Numbered from the stretch's first letter, positions 19,596 to 40,400 are shown. The stretch is DNA of 64,000 bases from the human T2T-CHM13v2.0 reference genome, Homo sapiens (GCF_009914755.1 NC_060939.1); one strand, 5' to 3'. Made by a program: numbers and translations. The notes: generated by a model from the letters alone, not told the origin.

Positions 19596-21909
19596 AGTTA
19601 ATACATATACCTAAGTTAATATATAAATTTAATGCAATCTCAATATAAATATCAACAGAGTTCTGGCACTAGACAAGTTGATTCTAAAGTTCATATAGAA
19701 AAATAAACATATAAGAATAGGAAAACAGAAGAGCTACAAAGAGAAAGTAGACTTCCAGATATTGTAACATGTTGCAAAGCTTCTATCATGATAATATTGT
19801 GGTATAGACCAATGGTATAGAATGGAAAGTCAATAATTAGTCTCCTAAACACATGAAGAATTTAGTGTATGATAAAGGTAGTTCTGAAATTATTAGGGCA
19901 GAGATGGACTCTTTAATAAATAGTGCTGGGACAACTTGTTAGCCACTTGAAAAAACAAAATTATATCTATACTTTATATCAGACACAGGAATAAACTCCA
20001 AATGAACCAGAAATCTAATTTTTTTTAAATTACCTACTAGAAGAATACATAGATGAGTTTTCTGTAACCTGGATGTGGAGAAGGGCAATAAAAGAGGGGG
20101 AAAAATTGGCTACATTGAAAAGCAAATTCTTGATTACAAAAATGAAAAACACCATAAGCAAATTTAAAAGATAGATGAGAAACCAGGAAAAAAATCTGCA
20201 AAATACATTTTAAAGACCTACTATCCCTAGTCTAAATTGAGAGAAAAAAATACTAAAATTTGGTTAAAAAGGCAGAATACATGAGCAGATACAATTTTTT
20301 AAAAAGATTCAAAAACCATCCTTAAATATGTGAAGAAAATATTCAATTTCACCTAAACAGGAAGTGTAAATTTAAAGCTGCACTGAAATACCGTTTCTCA
20401 CCTATCAGCTCTGCACTAATTAGAAAGCTTCACAAGAAGCCCCATTGGTGAGGCTGTGAGGAATGCAAACTTGTAAAACCTCCTTTGAGGGAGAAGATGG
20501 CAATCCAGCAGACTACACATGCATTTGCCCTTTGACCCAGCCATTCCACTTGTAGAAATATTCCCTAAAGATACATTTTCTTTTCTTTCTTTCCTTTTTT
20601 TTTGAGACAGGGTCTTGCTTGTTGCCCAGGCTGAAGTGCAGTAGTGTGATCTTGGCTCACTGCAGCTCAAACTCCCAGGCTCAATTGATCCCACCTTGGC
20701 CTCTGGAGTAGCTGGGACCACAAGTGCATGCCACCACGCCTTACTAATTTAAAAATTTTTTTTATAGAGACGGAGTCTCACCATGTTGCCCAGGCTGGTC
20801 TTGAACTCCTGGACTCAAGCAATCCTGTCTCTGCCTCCCAAATTGCTGGGATGACAGGTGTGAGCCACCGTGCCCGGCCTTACGTTTTCAACAGTAGGGA
20901 AATATGAATGCACAAAGTTATTTGTTGCAGCATTATTTGTAATTGTAAAATATCAGGGAATACCTTAAATGTCCATACAGGAAATTTGTTGGTAAATATC
21001 TACACAATGGAGTACTGTACAGCTGTAAAGAAGAATGAGGAAAATCTTTGCAAACGGGTGTAGAGTGATTTCTAACATATGAATGGAAAGCGTACATACA
21101 GTGTGCTATTTTTTATGTAAGAAAGAAGGGAAAATATGAGACTCTAATGTCTGCTTATTTTGCAAAAAGAAAAACAGGAAAGATAAATCAGAAATTATTG
21201 AAATTGATAACCCACAGGAAGTAGATGGCAAAGGATGGAGAGGGAAGAACACTTCTCTGTGGGGAAAAACAGTCTTTTATGTAGTTTTAACTTTTAGAAC
21301 TATGTAAATGTTTTATATATTCAAAAATCAAATCCACAAGAACAGTACAAACACAAACTAATCTAATTCAAATGATGAATGTAATCACCCTGAAGGTGAG
21401 GTGGGACTGACCAATCAAGTAACTTTTGAATATAGTACTTTAATTATGTACCCTTAATCTGAAGAAAGAAATGCAACTGAATTTTGAACTCTTCTTAGTA
21501 GGTTTTTTTTTTTTAGTGACAGGAGTGTAGCAATTTGAAATTACTTCCTATAGTTTCAGATTGAATAAATGAATAAATATATGATGGTTTTTTCTATGAA
21601 TTTTAAGATAGATGGATAGATCAATGGATGTATAGCTGTAGATACAGAAATAGATAGAAGTGTTTATATTTCCTAGATCTGTCTACTAAAAGGGCCTAGG
21701 AGCAATGATATGCAAGTAGCAGATCATATCTAATGGCCAGGTCTTAGATTTTAAAGATTTTGCCTCATTAAAATAAATGAAGGCTGTTTGAGGAAATGGT
21801 GATTCTATGGCTGAAGCAGGAAAAGTAAATGAAGACCATGAATGTTGTGCCAGGTAATAAGAAAGTGCCTGATGGGAACACTTTAAAGGACAGAGGAACC
21901 AATGGATTA

Positions 21910-23970
<2,061 letters not shown>

Positions 23971-24089
23971 CATTATGATTCCCATACTGTATGAGTCTGC
24001 TGATGACAAACTATTGTTTTTTTGATAATCTGGAAGTGTCTCTATTTCTTGTGGCATTTTAAATAACAGCTGTATTGTTTTTAAATTAT

Positions 24090-24391
<302 letters not shown>

Positions 24392-24947
24392 TGACAGGTC
24401 TATTGAAATACATTACACATATAAAATTCACCCATTAAACTGTACAATCCAATGGCTTTGAGTATATTCACAGTTATGCAACCATCACCGCAATCAATGT
24501 TGGAACATTTTCATCAGCCCACAGAGAAATTTGCATACCCCTTGCCATCATCCCCAAATCCTCTCATCTTTCCCAACCCTAGGCAATCAGTAGTCTACAC
24601 TGTATCCATGGATATGTCTATTCTTATACATTTCATATAAATGGAATCATACACTAGTTCATCTTTTGTGGCTGGATTCTTTCACTTAACATAATGGTTT
24701 CAAGGCTCGTCATTACTGTAGCATTTATCAGTACTATATTTTTTTGTGTGGCCAAATAACATTTTGTTGAATGGATATACACATTTTATTTATCCATTCA
24801 TCACTTGATGGACATTTGAGTGGTTTCTGAATTTGGCTATTGTGAATAATGCTCCTGTGAACAATTTGTGTACAAGTATTTATTTTGAGTACCCATTTTT
24901 CACTCTTTCGCATATATAGCTAGGAGTGAAATTGCTGGGTTACATGG

Positions 24948-25303
24948 TGATATGGTTTGCCTGTGTCCCCATTGAAATCTCATCTTGAACTGTGGCTCCC
25001 ATAATCCCCATGTGTCATGGGAGGGACCTCGTGGGAGGTAATTGAATCATGGGTTTTTCCCATGCTGTTCTTGTGAGAGTGAATAAGTCTCACGAGAGCT
25101 GATGGTTTTATAAAAGGCAGTTCCCCTGCACACACTTTCTTGCCTGCCACCATATAAGATGTGCCTTTGCCCCTCCTTTGCCTTCTGCCATGATTGTGAG
25201 GCCTCCCCAGCCATGTGGAACTGAGTCCATTAAACCTCTTTTTCTTTATAAATTACCCACTCTCAGGTGTTTCTTCATAGCAGTATGAAAATGGACTAGA
25301 ACA
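24948..25303 (+). mobile_element. THE1 (MaLR) solo LTR inserted in an antisense L1MB (~24390-25440)
   Basis: Starts TGATATGGTTTG and ends GGACTAGAACA, 356 bp. 5-bp TSD catgg/cgtgg. Confidence 0.92.
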
Positions 25304-26959
25304 CGTGGTGACTATGTTTCGTTTTTTGAGGTACTGCTTGACTGTTTTCCAAAGTGGCTGTGCCATTTTAGAGTCCTACCAGCAGTGTATGAGGGTTCTG
25401 ATTTCCCCACATTGTTGCCAACACTTATCTGTTGCTTTTATTATAGCTACTTTTTAAAAATAACAGCTTTATTGAGATATAATTCATATACCATGAAATT
25501 CACCTTTAAAAACCTAGTGTACAATTCACTGCCCTTGATTTGTGAAAGATATTTTTTCTGGGAAAAGAATTCTGGGTTAATTTCTATCAGCACATCGAAG
25601 ATATCATTCCACTGTCTTTTGATTTTCATTTTTGCTAAAGAGAAATCAATTTTTTGTCCATATGGTACACTGATATATTTGGGTGTGGATTTCTTTTTAT
25701 CTCTGCTTGGAATTTTTTGGCTTTCTCAAATCTGAAGGTTAGTGTCTTTAATTAGTCCTGGAAAAGTCCCAGCTGTTATCTTTTCAAATATTAATTCTTC
25801 CCTATTTTCTCTTCTTTCTGGAACTCTGGCTAGATTTATGTTAGACTTTCTACTCTGTCTTCCATGTCTCCTAACTTCTCATATTTTCCATCTGTTTTCT
25901 CTATCTCTCTGTGTGTGCATCTATTAAGTCAAAAACTATGAAGGGTCTGAGATTTTACCCTACATTTATAGCTATATTTATCTTTAGCCACTTTTCTGAA
26001 GTTCTAATTATCTATTGTTATGACTGATTTTCTTTGGGTTGTATTGGTATATTATCAAGTTGTCTACATATAATGATAATCTCATCTCTTCTAGTATTTC
26101 CTTTTTCGAATATTTTTGCATTGGCAAGAGCATCCAATATGGGAGTGAAAATGAGAGAACAATATTGTTTTTGCTGTTGTTTTTAATGGATTCACCCCTA
26201 GTGTAAAATATATGGTATTTGTTGGTTCTAGATTTTAAACACTTGTAATTTTGTGTTTTAATGTGTTTGTTAGACATGGTTTGAGTTTTATTAGGTGCCT
26301 TTTCAAAAATGCATTGATAATACATACTGTGTGATTCTATATATATGAATCAAGAAGTTTAAGAAACCATGAACGAAGAGAACATATGACATAAAATTCT
26401 GTCAAAAATCTCTCTTTGTCTAGAAATTGTGTTTGATGTTTAATTTTATCAGAGAACAGAAAGTTGCTTGCCCCAGTGCCCCAGTTAAGGTAAAGCTGAG
26501 GTTCATAAATACCTCAACTTAAAAAAATACAAAAAGTAGATTTTTTGATCGTTCTTAGTTAGGCTCACCACCTTTGCCCCAGGGAAAGTAACTCCTCCCC
26601 TTTGAACAGTCACTGAGTGAGGCTTACAGAGCGACGCTCTGTTTTTCAGGAACCACCCCCTAAAATCTCCACTTTTAGCAGAAGACTGGAAACAGAAACA
26701 TCTAAATGTTACTTGGCACTGAATGTCTTGGAGTAGTCTTTTTGGCAGTCTATCCCTTGATAGACTGAAATAGCCATCTTTGACAACAAAATGAATAAAA
26801 AGTAAGGTTTGACCTAGTCTTAATTTTGATAGATCCCCAACCAGTAACTTTAGTGTCACTTATTTCAAAGAAAAGGCACTCTTTTTTTCTGCTGTGTTTT
26901 TCTCCATCCCATGTCTCTCTCTCTCTCTCTCTTTTTTTTAAAGGTTTATTGTGTTTACT

Positions 26960-28010
26960 TTTATTCTTTTTTTATTTTTGAGACAGGGTCTCTGTTGCCC
27001 AGGCTGGAGTGCAGTGGGGTGATCATGGCTCACTGAAACCTCGACCTCCCGGGCTCAAATGATCCTTCCCACCTCAGCCTCCTGAGTAACTGGGACTACA
27101 GGCACGTGCCACCTCACTCAGCTAATTTTTGTGTTTTTTTGTAGAGACAGGTCGTACTTTGTTGCCCAGGCTGCTCTGCAGCTCCTGGGCTCAAGCGATC
27201 CTCCCGCTTTGGCTTCCCAAAGTGCTAGTATTACAAGTGTGAGCCGCCGTGCCCAGCCTATTTGAAAAATTCTTAATAGCCAGTTTTAAAGGTAATGCTT
27301 GAAGCTTACATTTCCTGTGACTTTTTTTTTTTTTTTTTAAACACAGGGTCTCACTGTCACCCCAGCTGGAGCAGTGGCACAGAATTGCTCACTGCAGCCT
27401 CGAACTCCTGGGCTCAAGGGATACTCCCACCTCAGCCTCCCTGAGTAGCTGGGACTGTAGGTGTGTGCCACCATGCCTGGCTAAAGATGGGATCTCCCTG
27501 TGTTGCCCAGGCTAGTCTCAAACTCCTGGGCTCAAGCCATCCCCCTGCCTCAGCCTCCCAAAGTGCTGGGATTATAGGCGCGAGCCACCGCTCCTGGCCT
27601 GCTTATTTATATTCTTTTGTAATGGCATGATAACTTCTTTCATATATGTAGGAGAAAATTTTAATCATTTTCCAGATTGAACTTGTGATTCTTGTGGTCA
27701 TTCTAATTCATAGGTTTATTTTTTTAGTTTCTGGTTGCTCATTGCACCCAGAAATTGTTCCTTTTTTTAATATTGTGAAACTTCACTAGCCTCAATTTAT
27801 TTGTTTTCAGTTAATTTTTCTCCTTTATCACTGGTCTTTGTTATTGTGGATGAACAATTTTTTTTAAGAGATGGGGTCTCACAGTGTTGCCCAGGCTATA
27901 GTGCAGTGGCTGTTTACAGGTGTGATCATAGTGCACTACAGCCCTGAACTCCTGGGCTCATGCAATCCTCCTGCCTCAGCCTCCTGAGTAGCTGAGACTA
28001 CAGGCATGTT
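26960..28010 (-). mobile_element. AluJ 26960-27258, AluJ 27322-27599 and FAM 27858-28010
   Basis: Alu consensus. The FAM has 7SL-like gtggctgtttacaggtgtgatcatagtgcactac and TSD tgaacaatttt. Confidence 0.85.
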
Positions 28011-28652
28011 GGTGAACAATTTTCTTTTTGTGTCCAACAATTGTATTGATATTTTGATGGAGTATGTACAGAAGAGACACCCTTATGGTTCTTAGTACTC
28101 ACCAACTTCCTGAAAGCATTCCCACTGAGGATTTTGAGTAAGAAAATTATGTACTCATTACCATATTTCAGAATATGATTCTGGCTGGAGGGTGCTACCT
28201 CGTGAGGAATAACCAAAGAGCAGTGCATTTTAAAAGCAGGAAGAGGTCCCCTGGAGTTAAGGTTGACTGCATGCTAGCTGTGAATCCATAGTGTAATCAC
28301 TACAGTTATAAAATAGTTAATCAAACAATTGTACTCCTGGGATGGCTAAGTAGACATATAAAACCATGCTGTGGAGTAATGTAGGAAATCTCTTATTAAA
28401 ATATCATGGCTAGTTTTGATCCAAAAATAAGTAAGTTATGGAAGGAATGTGGGAAAAGGGTAAGTAATGATGCCATAGACCACTTTGTTCTGCTTAGTGT
28501 CGTTAAGACTGAAGATCTGTGTACCTCTGCCTCCTTGTCAGTAGTCTACTTTGTTGATGTTGAAATTCTTAGAGGGCAATAGTCTGACTTCACTCTTTAT
28601 CACTTCGTATTTATTCATGTGGGAAAGACTCCCACATTGTACAGGACCTTGA

Positions 28653-30422
<1,770 letters not shown>

Positions 30423-31558
30423 GTATTCCTGCTAATGAGTGAAAGAAGTAATAACAGAATCGAAATGTCACCATTTTGGAGGTGGACTTCCAAAACGGTG
30501 GAGTAAGGACCTCAGGGTGTATGTATAGCTGAAACAATATTGGATGAGTTGATAATTGTTGAATCTGGGTGATAGGTATGTAGGGATTCATTCCTTCCAT
30601 CTACTTTTTTGGGGGTAATAATTAAGATATAATTCACATGCCAATGTGAATTATTCAATGTTTATTAAATAACTAGCTATATTACCTAAAGCATGTTAAA
30701 GAGGGAAAAGAAGCAGAAATAATTCCTTCTGGAGAAAGTGGGACAAAAGCTGTATTATGATCATGCTTATAAACATGAAGATTTCTCAATTGGATGTAAC
30801 TTAGTTTCTTCTAAATTCTGCTTTTCACTGTTATCTAAAGTCAAGATGGTTGATAGATATGGGTTAATGAGTGGAACACGGCTTATGCGAAACTTCATAT
30901 TTCTAGAAATATCATCTAGTGTTAACCCTGCCTCCTAAGATATATGCTATAAAATAAAAATAGATGTCTAGTAAAGGTAGGGAAAAGGGTTTATGGGGTT
31001 ATAACTATCAGCTAAAGTGAGGATTTTTTTAACTATGCATGGATTACAGCTAGGATCTTCCTTTAGCCCCAGTAATTTTAAGGTGGTTTAAGCTGTTTGT
31101 TATCCTGGGCTATAGCTCAGCGTTACCACAGCTTGTTACACAGAGATATAAATGTGCTTGGTAAACGTATTCTTTCAGGTTGAAACTAGATGATTATGAA
31201 GCATAGTATCTTGCTGGTAAACCTTTGCTCTCATTGGTGGTGGTGTTCCTCCTTTCCCCAGTTCTGCCCTTGTGCAGAATTCAGTTATTCATTTGTTCTT
31301 TGGGCTTTCCGTGTGCTTTGATCATTTCCTCCCACCTCGCTCCCTTCCAGCTTTCATTTATCCTTCCAGGCCAGGTCCCATTTTTCTAAAAGCCCTTTCC
31401 TAATAATCCCCTCCCTAATGTCTTTTGTACTTATTTTAGCATTGTGGAGGAAGAGAGGGGGAACCTGGTTATTCTGTTATTCAAGTGAGCCTTCAGTTAG
31501 TTGAAGATTATATATTTCAAGTGTCACTAGTTGTAAATGTCAAAACAGTCTATTGACC

Positions 31559-31583
31559 AAAAAAAAAAAAAAAAAAAAAAAAA
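31559..31583 (+). repeat. A25 mononucleotide tract, 125 nt upstream of exon 2
   Basis: Read directly from the sequence. Confidence 0.95.
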
Positions 31584-31685
31584 GTCCTATTACTCTGGGC
31601 ACAGTTGGAACAATGCCTGTTTGAATCAAGTCCTTCCTCCCCTCAAAAAACATTGTGATTAATGCAAAGTACCTAACTCCACTGA

Positions 31686-31811
<126 letters not shown>

Positions 31812-32071
31812 TAAGTGTTTTGACTGGTTTGCTGTCACATAGGCACTAACTTACCACATTGTACACATGAGATATCTTCTCTTTAAACTCCCCCATTGTA
31901 CAGATGAGGAAATGAAGCTGAGAGATTCATTGATTTTCCCACTTTGCCAATTAATGGTAGAGTATGTTTTAGCAGCACCAGGTGAGATTGTGTCTCATCT
32001 TTGCATGGTTCCTGGCACATAATATTTGCTCAATAAAGATTTGTTGAGTAAATGAATAATTGATCTTGTAA

Positions 32072-33378
<1,307 letters not shown>

Positions 33379-33621
33379 TCTTCCCTTTTTCATTTATGCT
33401 GTCACCCCGCTCTGGAGATGCTATTAACTAAGGACTACTAGCCTGAGAAATAAAGTAGTGGGAATGACCTCTCAAAGCCAAATAATTAGCCTCTGAATGG
33501 GAAGGACCAGAGAACGAATACAATTTAAGTTACCTGATAAATTTAAAATCGAGAGAGATGGATTCTTTGCTCAGTTGGGATACAATTAATGTAACCTGTG
33601 TGAATTAGTTTAAAAAATTAG

Positions 33622-34443
<822 letters not shown>

Positions 34444-34627
34444 TAGCCATTGGGAATAGTCATGAATATATAGAGCTTTTGTCCTTAAGGTTGTTAGGGT
34501 CTTTAGTGGTGCTTTTTGAATAATCTGTTGGCCACATTTTTGAGGCAGGACGTACTGATGAAATGGAAGGTTTTAGTCTGCTAATATAGTTTCCAGGATA
34601 GCTCTGTGATTTTATACATGAAGAAAA

Positions 34628-35253
34628 TACAGGAGTTTCCCCTTGTCCACAGCTTTGCATTCTCTGAGGTTTCAGTTACCCGCAGCCGGCTGAGGTCTGA
34701 AAATATTGCATCACTTCTCTTGCGCTTTGGGACCATTATTAAGAAAACACAAGCCCTGCAATACCGCGACAGTCAATCTGATAACTGAGACCACTACTAA
34801 GTGATTAACAGCAACCCAGGTGGACAGATCAGGTCGGGGCAAGATTTTATCACACTATACTCAAAACAGCTTGAAACTGAACACTTATGAATTAATTTAT
34901 TTCTGGGATTTTCCATTTACATCACAATGCCTACATCATTCACCTCTCTTCATCTCATCATATAGGCATTTTTTATCATCTTATATCTTTACAAAGGAAG
35001 GGTGAGTAGAGTAAGATATTTTGAGCAAGGGAGACCACAGTCAAATAACTTTTATTGCAGAATATTGTTATAATTGTGCTATTTCATTAGTTGTTCACCT
35101 TTTGCTGTGCTTAATTAATAAATTAAACTCTATCATAGGTATGTATGTATAGGAAAACACATAGTACTTATCGGGTTTGATACTATCCGAGATTTCAGGC
35201 ATCCACCGGGGTCTTGTCACATATTTCCTGAAGATAAGGGGGTTGCTGCCGTA
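34628..35253 (+). mobile_element. MER44 / Tigger7-derived DNA transposon
   Basis: TIR-like ends caggagtttccccttgtccac ... gataagggggttgctg. Internal ggtttcagttacccgc and catag(g)tatgtatgtataggaaaa. Confidence 0.8.
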
Positions 35254-35946
35254 AGATCCATAGAGGTTAAAATGGTGGTTAGTGGTAAATTGGAAAATGA
35301 AACTAAGCCTTTCTACTGTAATTCCTTTATGGCTTGTTGCCACCTAATATTGATGTATAATGTGCTCTAATTGCACTATTAAAGTATTATAAATTACATT
35401 CAAAGTTTTTCCTGGCTAGATCTTGTAATTATTTAATGTCCAAAATTGAGTAACTGAGATTACCCACATGGGGAAGTAACTCACCTTATGAAGCAGTTGC
35501 AAATATGAGAGTAAAATTTTTAAACCCCTGAATCCCATTAAGGTTACTCTAGGGTGAGAGAGCACTGAAAAGTGATTGACGATAAGCAAAACTATAGTCT
35601 CATCAATGATGCCTCTGTTTCTGAAGGGAAAATTTGTTAAAAGATAGACAGCAACAATTTGGGTTGTGTTTTCCCACATAGTCCAAAAGAGAGACTTAAA
35701 TAACTGGGAAACTTTGTGTTAAAGATGATTTGTACAAGCAGCCGTGTTTGTGTTATTATCAGACTTATCTGTTGCACTTTACCCTTATTTAAATATGAGT
35801 GAAAAGTTAAAAACTAGAAACGTCAATAGCAAATACGTGTTTCGTAATTAACCAGAGACAGACATGAAAATCCCTAAGCAAATCTTCGGCCTCAGTCGAG
35901 CATTCACTGGACTTAATCCACTTGACTCAATAGTAATCATTTATGA

Positions 35947-36267
<321 letters not shown>

Positions 36268-36499
36268 TAAACTAGCTAAATAATTAGCATTATTATTTGT
36301 TTCTGGGATACTTTAAATTGTTTAATTTAGTTTATAATATCATTTCTATATAAAAGTATTTTGTGCTTTCTACAATTATTTTACATTCAAGTGAAAGCCT
36401 CAAAAAAAAACCCTGTTTATACATTTAATTGGTTGCATTCTAAAGATGAAGTCCCATTATGATTAATTACATGAAACTTCAAACAATTTTAGGTAGCTG

Positions 36500-36796
<297 letters not shown>

Positions 36797-37404
36797 TTAT
36801 ATAGTTGATTTTGACATAAGGAATATATTTCTAAAAATATTATATTTCCAAACCTGACCTGAAATGACACAAAGCTAACCCATTATATGGGAAGTGAATT
36901 AGGACATTAGTACTTTTTAAAAAAATCCTACAGGATAGAATTGGCCATTGTATTTGTTATTCACTCAATTTTAGCAAATTGGTGACATGATTATTGTTAA
37001 TTGGTAGTATTACGAGAAAAATAGATACTCCACACGACTCATCAACAGCCTAAATTGCTAAGTGTCAATGTTACCTTCGTCCTCATCCCAGTCTCACTCT
37101 CAGACCAGTTGAGTGGTAGAGTATAGTATATACTAAACTGAGCAAAAGTTTATATAGAGTCTCAATTCTAAACCAGCATTCTCATTTACCAGGTGAAACA
37201 GCTGAGGCCCAGGGAGGAGCAAGGAATTGCCCAGGTTGATACAATGAATGACAAATGGACTCAGATCCAGTGTAGTGCCTTCCCTGGTGTCATACTGATT
37301 CCTTGTTGAATGCCTGGCTTTTTTCTTTACTCATTAAAAATGTGTGTTACGCAAATAATATAATCATTTTAACAAGGATTCTAAATAAGAAGGAAGGAGC
37401 ACTG

Positions 37405-37580
37405 CTGGGTGCGGTGGCATGGTAGTGGCCTGTAGTCCCATCTACTCAGGAGGCTGAGGCAGGAGGATCCCTTAAGCCCAGGAGTTCAAGGCTGTAGTAT
37501 GCTGTGATTATGCCTGTGAGTAACCATTGCACTCCAGCCTGGGCAACATAGCGAGACCCTCATCTCTAAAAAATTAAAAA
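37405..37580 (+). mobile_element. FAM (fossil Alu monomer)
   Basis: ggctgtagtatgctgtgattatgcctgtgagtaaccattgcactccagcctggg. Confidence 0.75.
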
Positions 37581-39098
37581 GAGAGAGAGAAGGAATACTA
37601 GTAGTCCCACAATTCTGACTGTTTTCTTTATCCATCTTCAGTTTTGATACATGTGTGTTTGATTTCTGCATTGTTGTAATCAACATGTAATTATAATTTT
37701 ATATTCTACTTTATTTCTCTTAGCATTATTTCTAAATCATTTTCCAATTGCTACATATTTAATTCCTTTTAATGGCTACATAATTTATCAAATTGTCATA
37801 TCATAAATAAATTTACCTAGAGTCTTAGCAATTAAAAAAGCTTGTTTTACAAAGTATTTCCAAGGTAGACTCTCTTTGTACATTTCCCATTGTAACTTAG
37901 TATACATATGTGTATATATTATAAAACTGAAATAGAATTTTCACAATATTTTTTGTGCAATGCACAGCTTAAATTCTATGCTACATTTTATTTCAGTTTT
38001 AAAAAATACTGGTTGTAACCTCTGAATTTCAGAAGTCAAGTGGTCAGACAGTATATAACAGAGAAGAGAGACCTGTTTTTCAAACTCCTCTTTTCCAAAA
38101 CCTCTGTAGCTGGCCCTCAAGATTCTCCATCTTCTGGCCACAATTTACCTTTTTCAGCTTTATCTCCACTTATGCCCTTGCAATAACCCAGTGGTTTTAA
38201 TGAGTCAAACCAACAATCTAGAAAGCATATCATTTTCTTTAATTATAATGTTATTGTTTAAAAAATAATATTAAAAAGTTACACTGTTTTGATTTAGTTA
38301 GAAAGTTGCATTCCAAAATTATTCTTTAGGAAAATACAGTTGATTCCCAGATGTCAAGCAAATAGAAATGTCCTTTTTAAAATCTTTCTTTCATAGTCTG
38401 ACACTTTCCCCATACTTGTCATTCAGTTTGCTTAAATCTTATCTCCTTGGCAAAGCCTTCTAAAGTTCCAAAAAATGTTACCTTTCTTTGGATTTCCACA
38501 GTATCCTCTCTTTAACACTCATTCAGTACTAATTTATTTTGTTATATGTAAAGTATTTTTTCTATGTAATCAGACTGACCAGGTTTATATGTTAATATGT
38601 TTTTGTATAATCTGTGTGGTGAGGTAATTATATATGCAGACACACAAAAACACATGTACATATATTTGCATAATAAGAGAAGTCCAGAAAAAGTGCTTTG
38701 AAATCTCAGAAAAAAGAGACATTAATAATCACTTGCTGGAGAAGTAATGCTTTGGCTGGGGCTAGAAGAACAGGTGTGATTTGGGTACGAAGAGATTGGA
38801 ATGGCAGGTTTTCCAAATTGAGAGGATCAGTGGCAAAATCCCCAAAATAGGCAATGCAGGGCTTATATGAAGAATGTAAGTGGTACAGTATGACTGAAGA
38901 TTTGTGTTACTGAAAGGACATAATCGGAGATAATGTTGAAAAGGGCTCTTTCTGGACAACTTTGAGGACCAGCTAAAGAAGTTTTATAATTGAGGAAATT
39001 TAAAAAACTACTTCTCTTTTCTGTTATATATTGTCTGATCAGTGGTAGAAAAATATTAAGGGTTTCAAAATTATACATTTATTGAGTCTAGCCTATAG

Positions 39099-39305
<207 letters not shown>

Positions 39306-40400
39306 TGAAAACAACGTAACACAAAGATTGTGTTTTGAACCTGTGGCTGTATGTTATAAAATGGCAGATTTGTAGTTTCTTTTCTTCTAATGTCATAACC
39401 TTGTTTACTGGTTAGCCAGCATTTGCCTGAACAACTCATGAACTCATGCTCTCACAAGGGCGTTCATTCCCCATTTTGAAAATGCTACTTGTTAGAAATC
39501 ATCTCTCATACTGAGCCAAGATCTGCAACTTTAATTCTAGGAGGTTTTTAAATTTTTATTTACAAATGAGAACTTCCACAAAATCCTGTGTTTCAGAAAC
39601 ACGGACCACAGAGCGTAATCTCATCATAATAGAGTTTCCCTCCCCCTCCTTGACTAAATATTATTAGGTCTTTTAACTCTCCTTGCTAGAAATTGCTTTC
39701 TTGACCTTTCATCCTCCGGTTCTCCCTTGTATATACTCTGAGTCTAGGTCTGGGTCTTGATGTTCATTTAAAGCTAAATACTTGTTTGCTTGTTTTGTTT
39801 CTAATTCATTTTTTATTTTTTATTAAATATCTAGTGTAAATAATCAGATAGCAGTGCAAGACTTTGATAAACGACAGTCCCCCTTCCCACTCTTGGTGTC
39901 TGCTGCTCAGAGGCACCTTCAGTCTGAAAATATACATCCTCTTGTAGACATTTTTCTGGCATTATTTCTTTTTACCTTCTTTTTCTCTTTTTCACTCTTC
40001 CTGGAACTTCTATGATTTGCATGTTAGACTTCCATTAATTATCTTTTCTATTTTTCATCTCTTGATTTTCTACTTTTTAGGATATTTCCTTGATTTTATC
40101 TTTAACTCTTCTGTGGAATTTTTAAATTTCTATCAAGGCAATTTCCGAGAGCTCTTCTTTGTTCTCTGGATATCTCTGTCGTGCATTCGAGTCTGAGGGC
40201 TGCTGGGCTTTTTTAGCGACGTCTGCATGCATGTGCGGGTCATGTGTGTAGTGTTCTCTGTGTGTTGTTTTTGTTTCCTCCAGTTTTTTTGTGGTTTATT
40301 TTGGACTCAATTTATTTTAGAGATATTCAGGAGGTGACTGATGTGCTGGGCGCTCTTATAAAGTGCCTTACAATATTAACTAATTCAGTCATCACCATAA

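Noticed and set aside
26503-26859. 118-aa minus-strand ORF in unique intron-1 DNA, as a possible pseudogene
   Set aside because: I recognise no protein similarity, poly(A) tail or TSD. A BLASTX search would be needed to exclude it fully.
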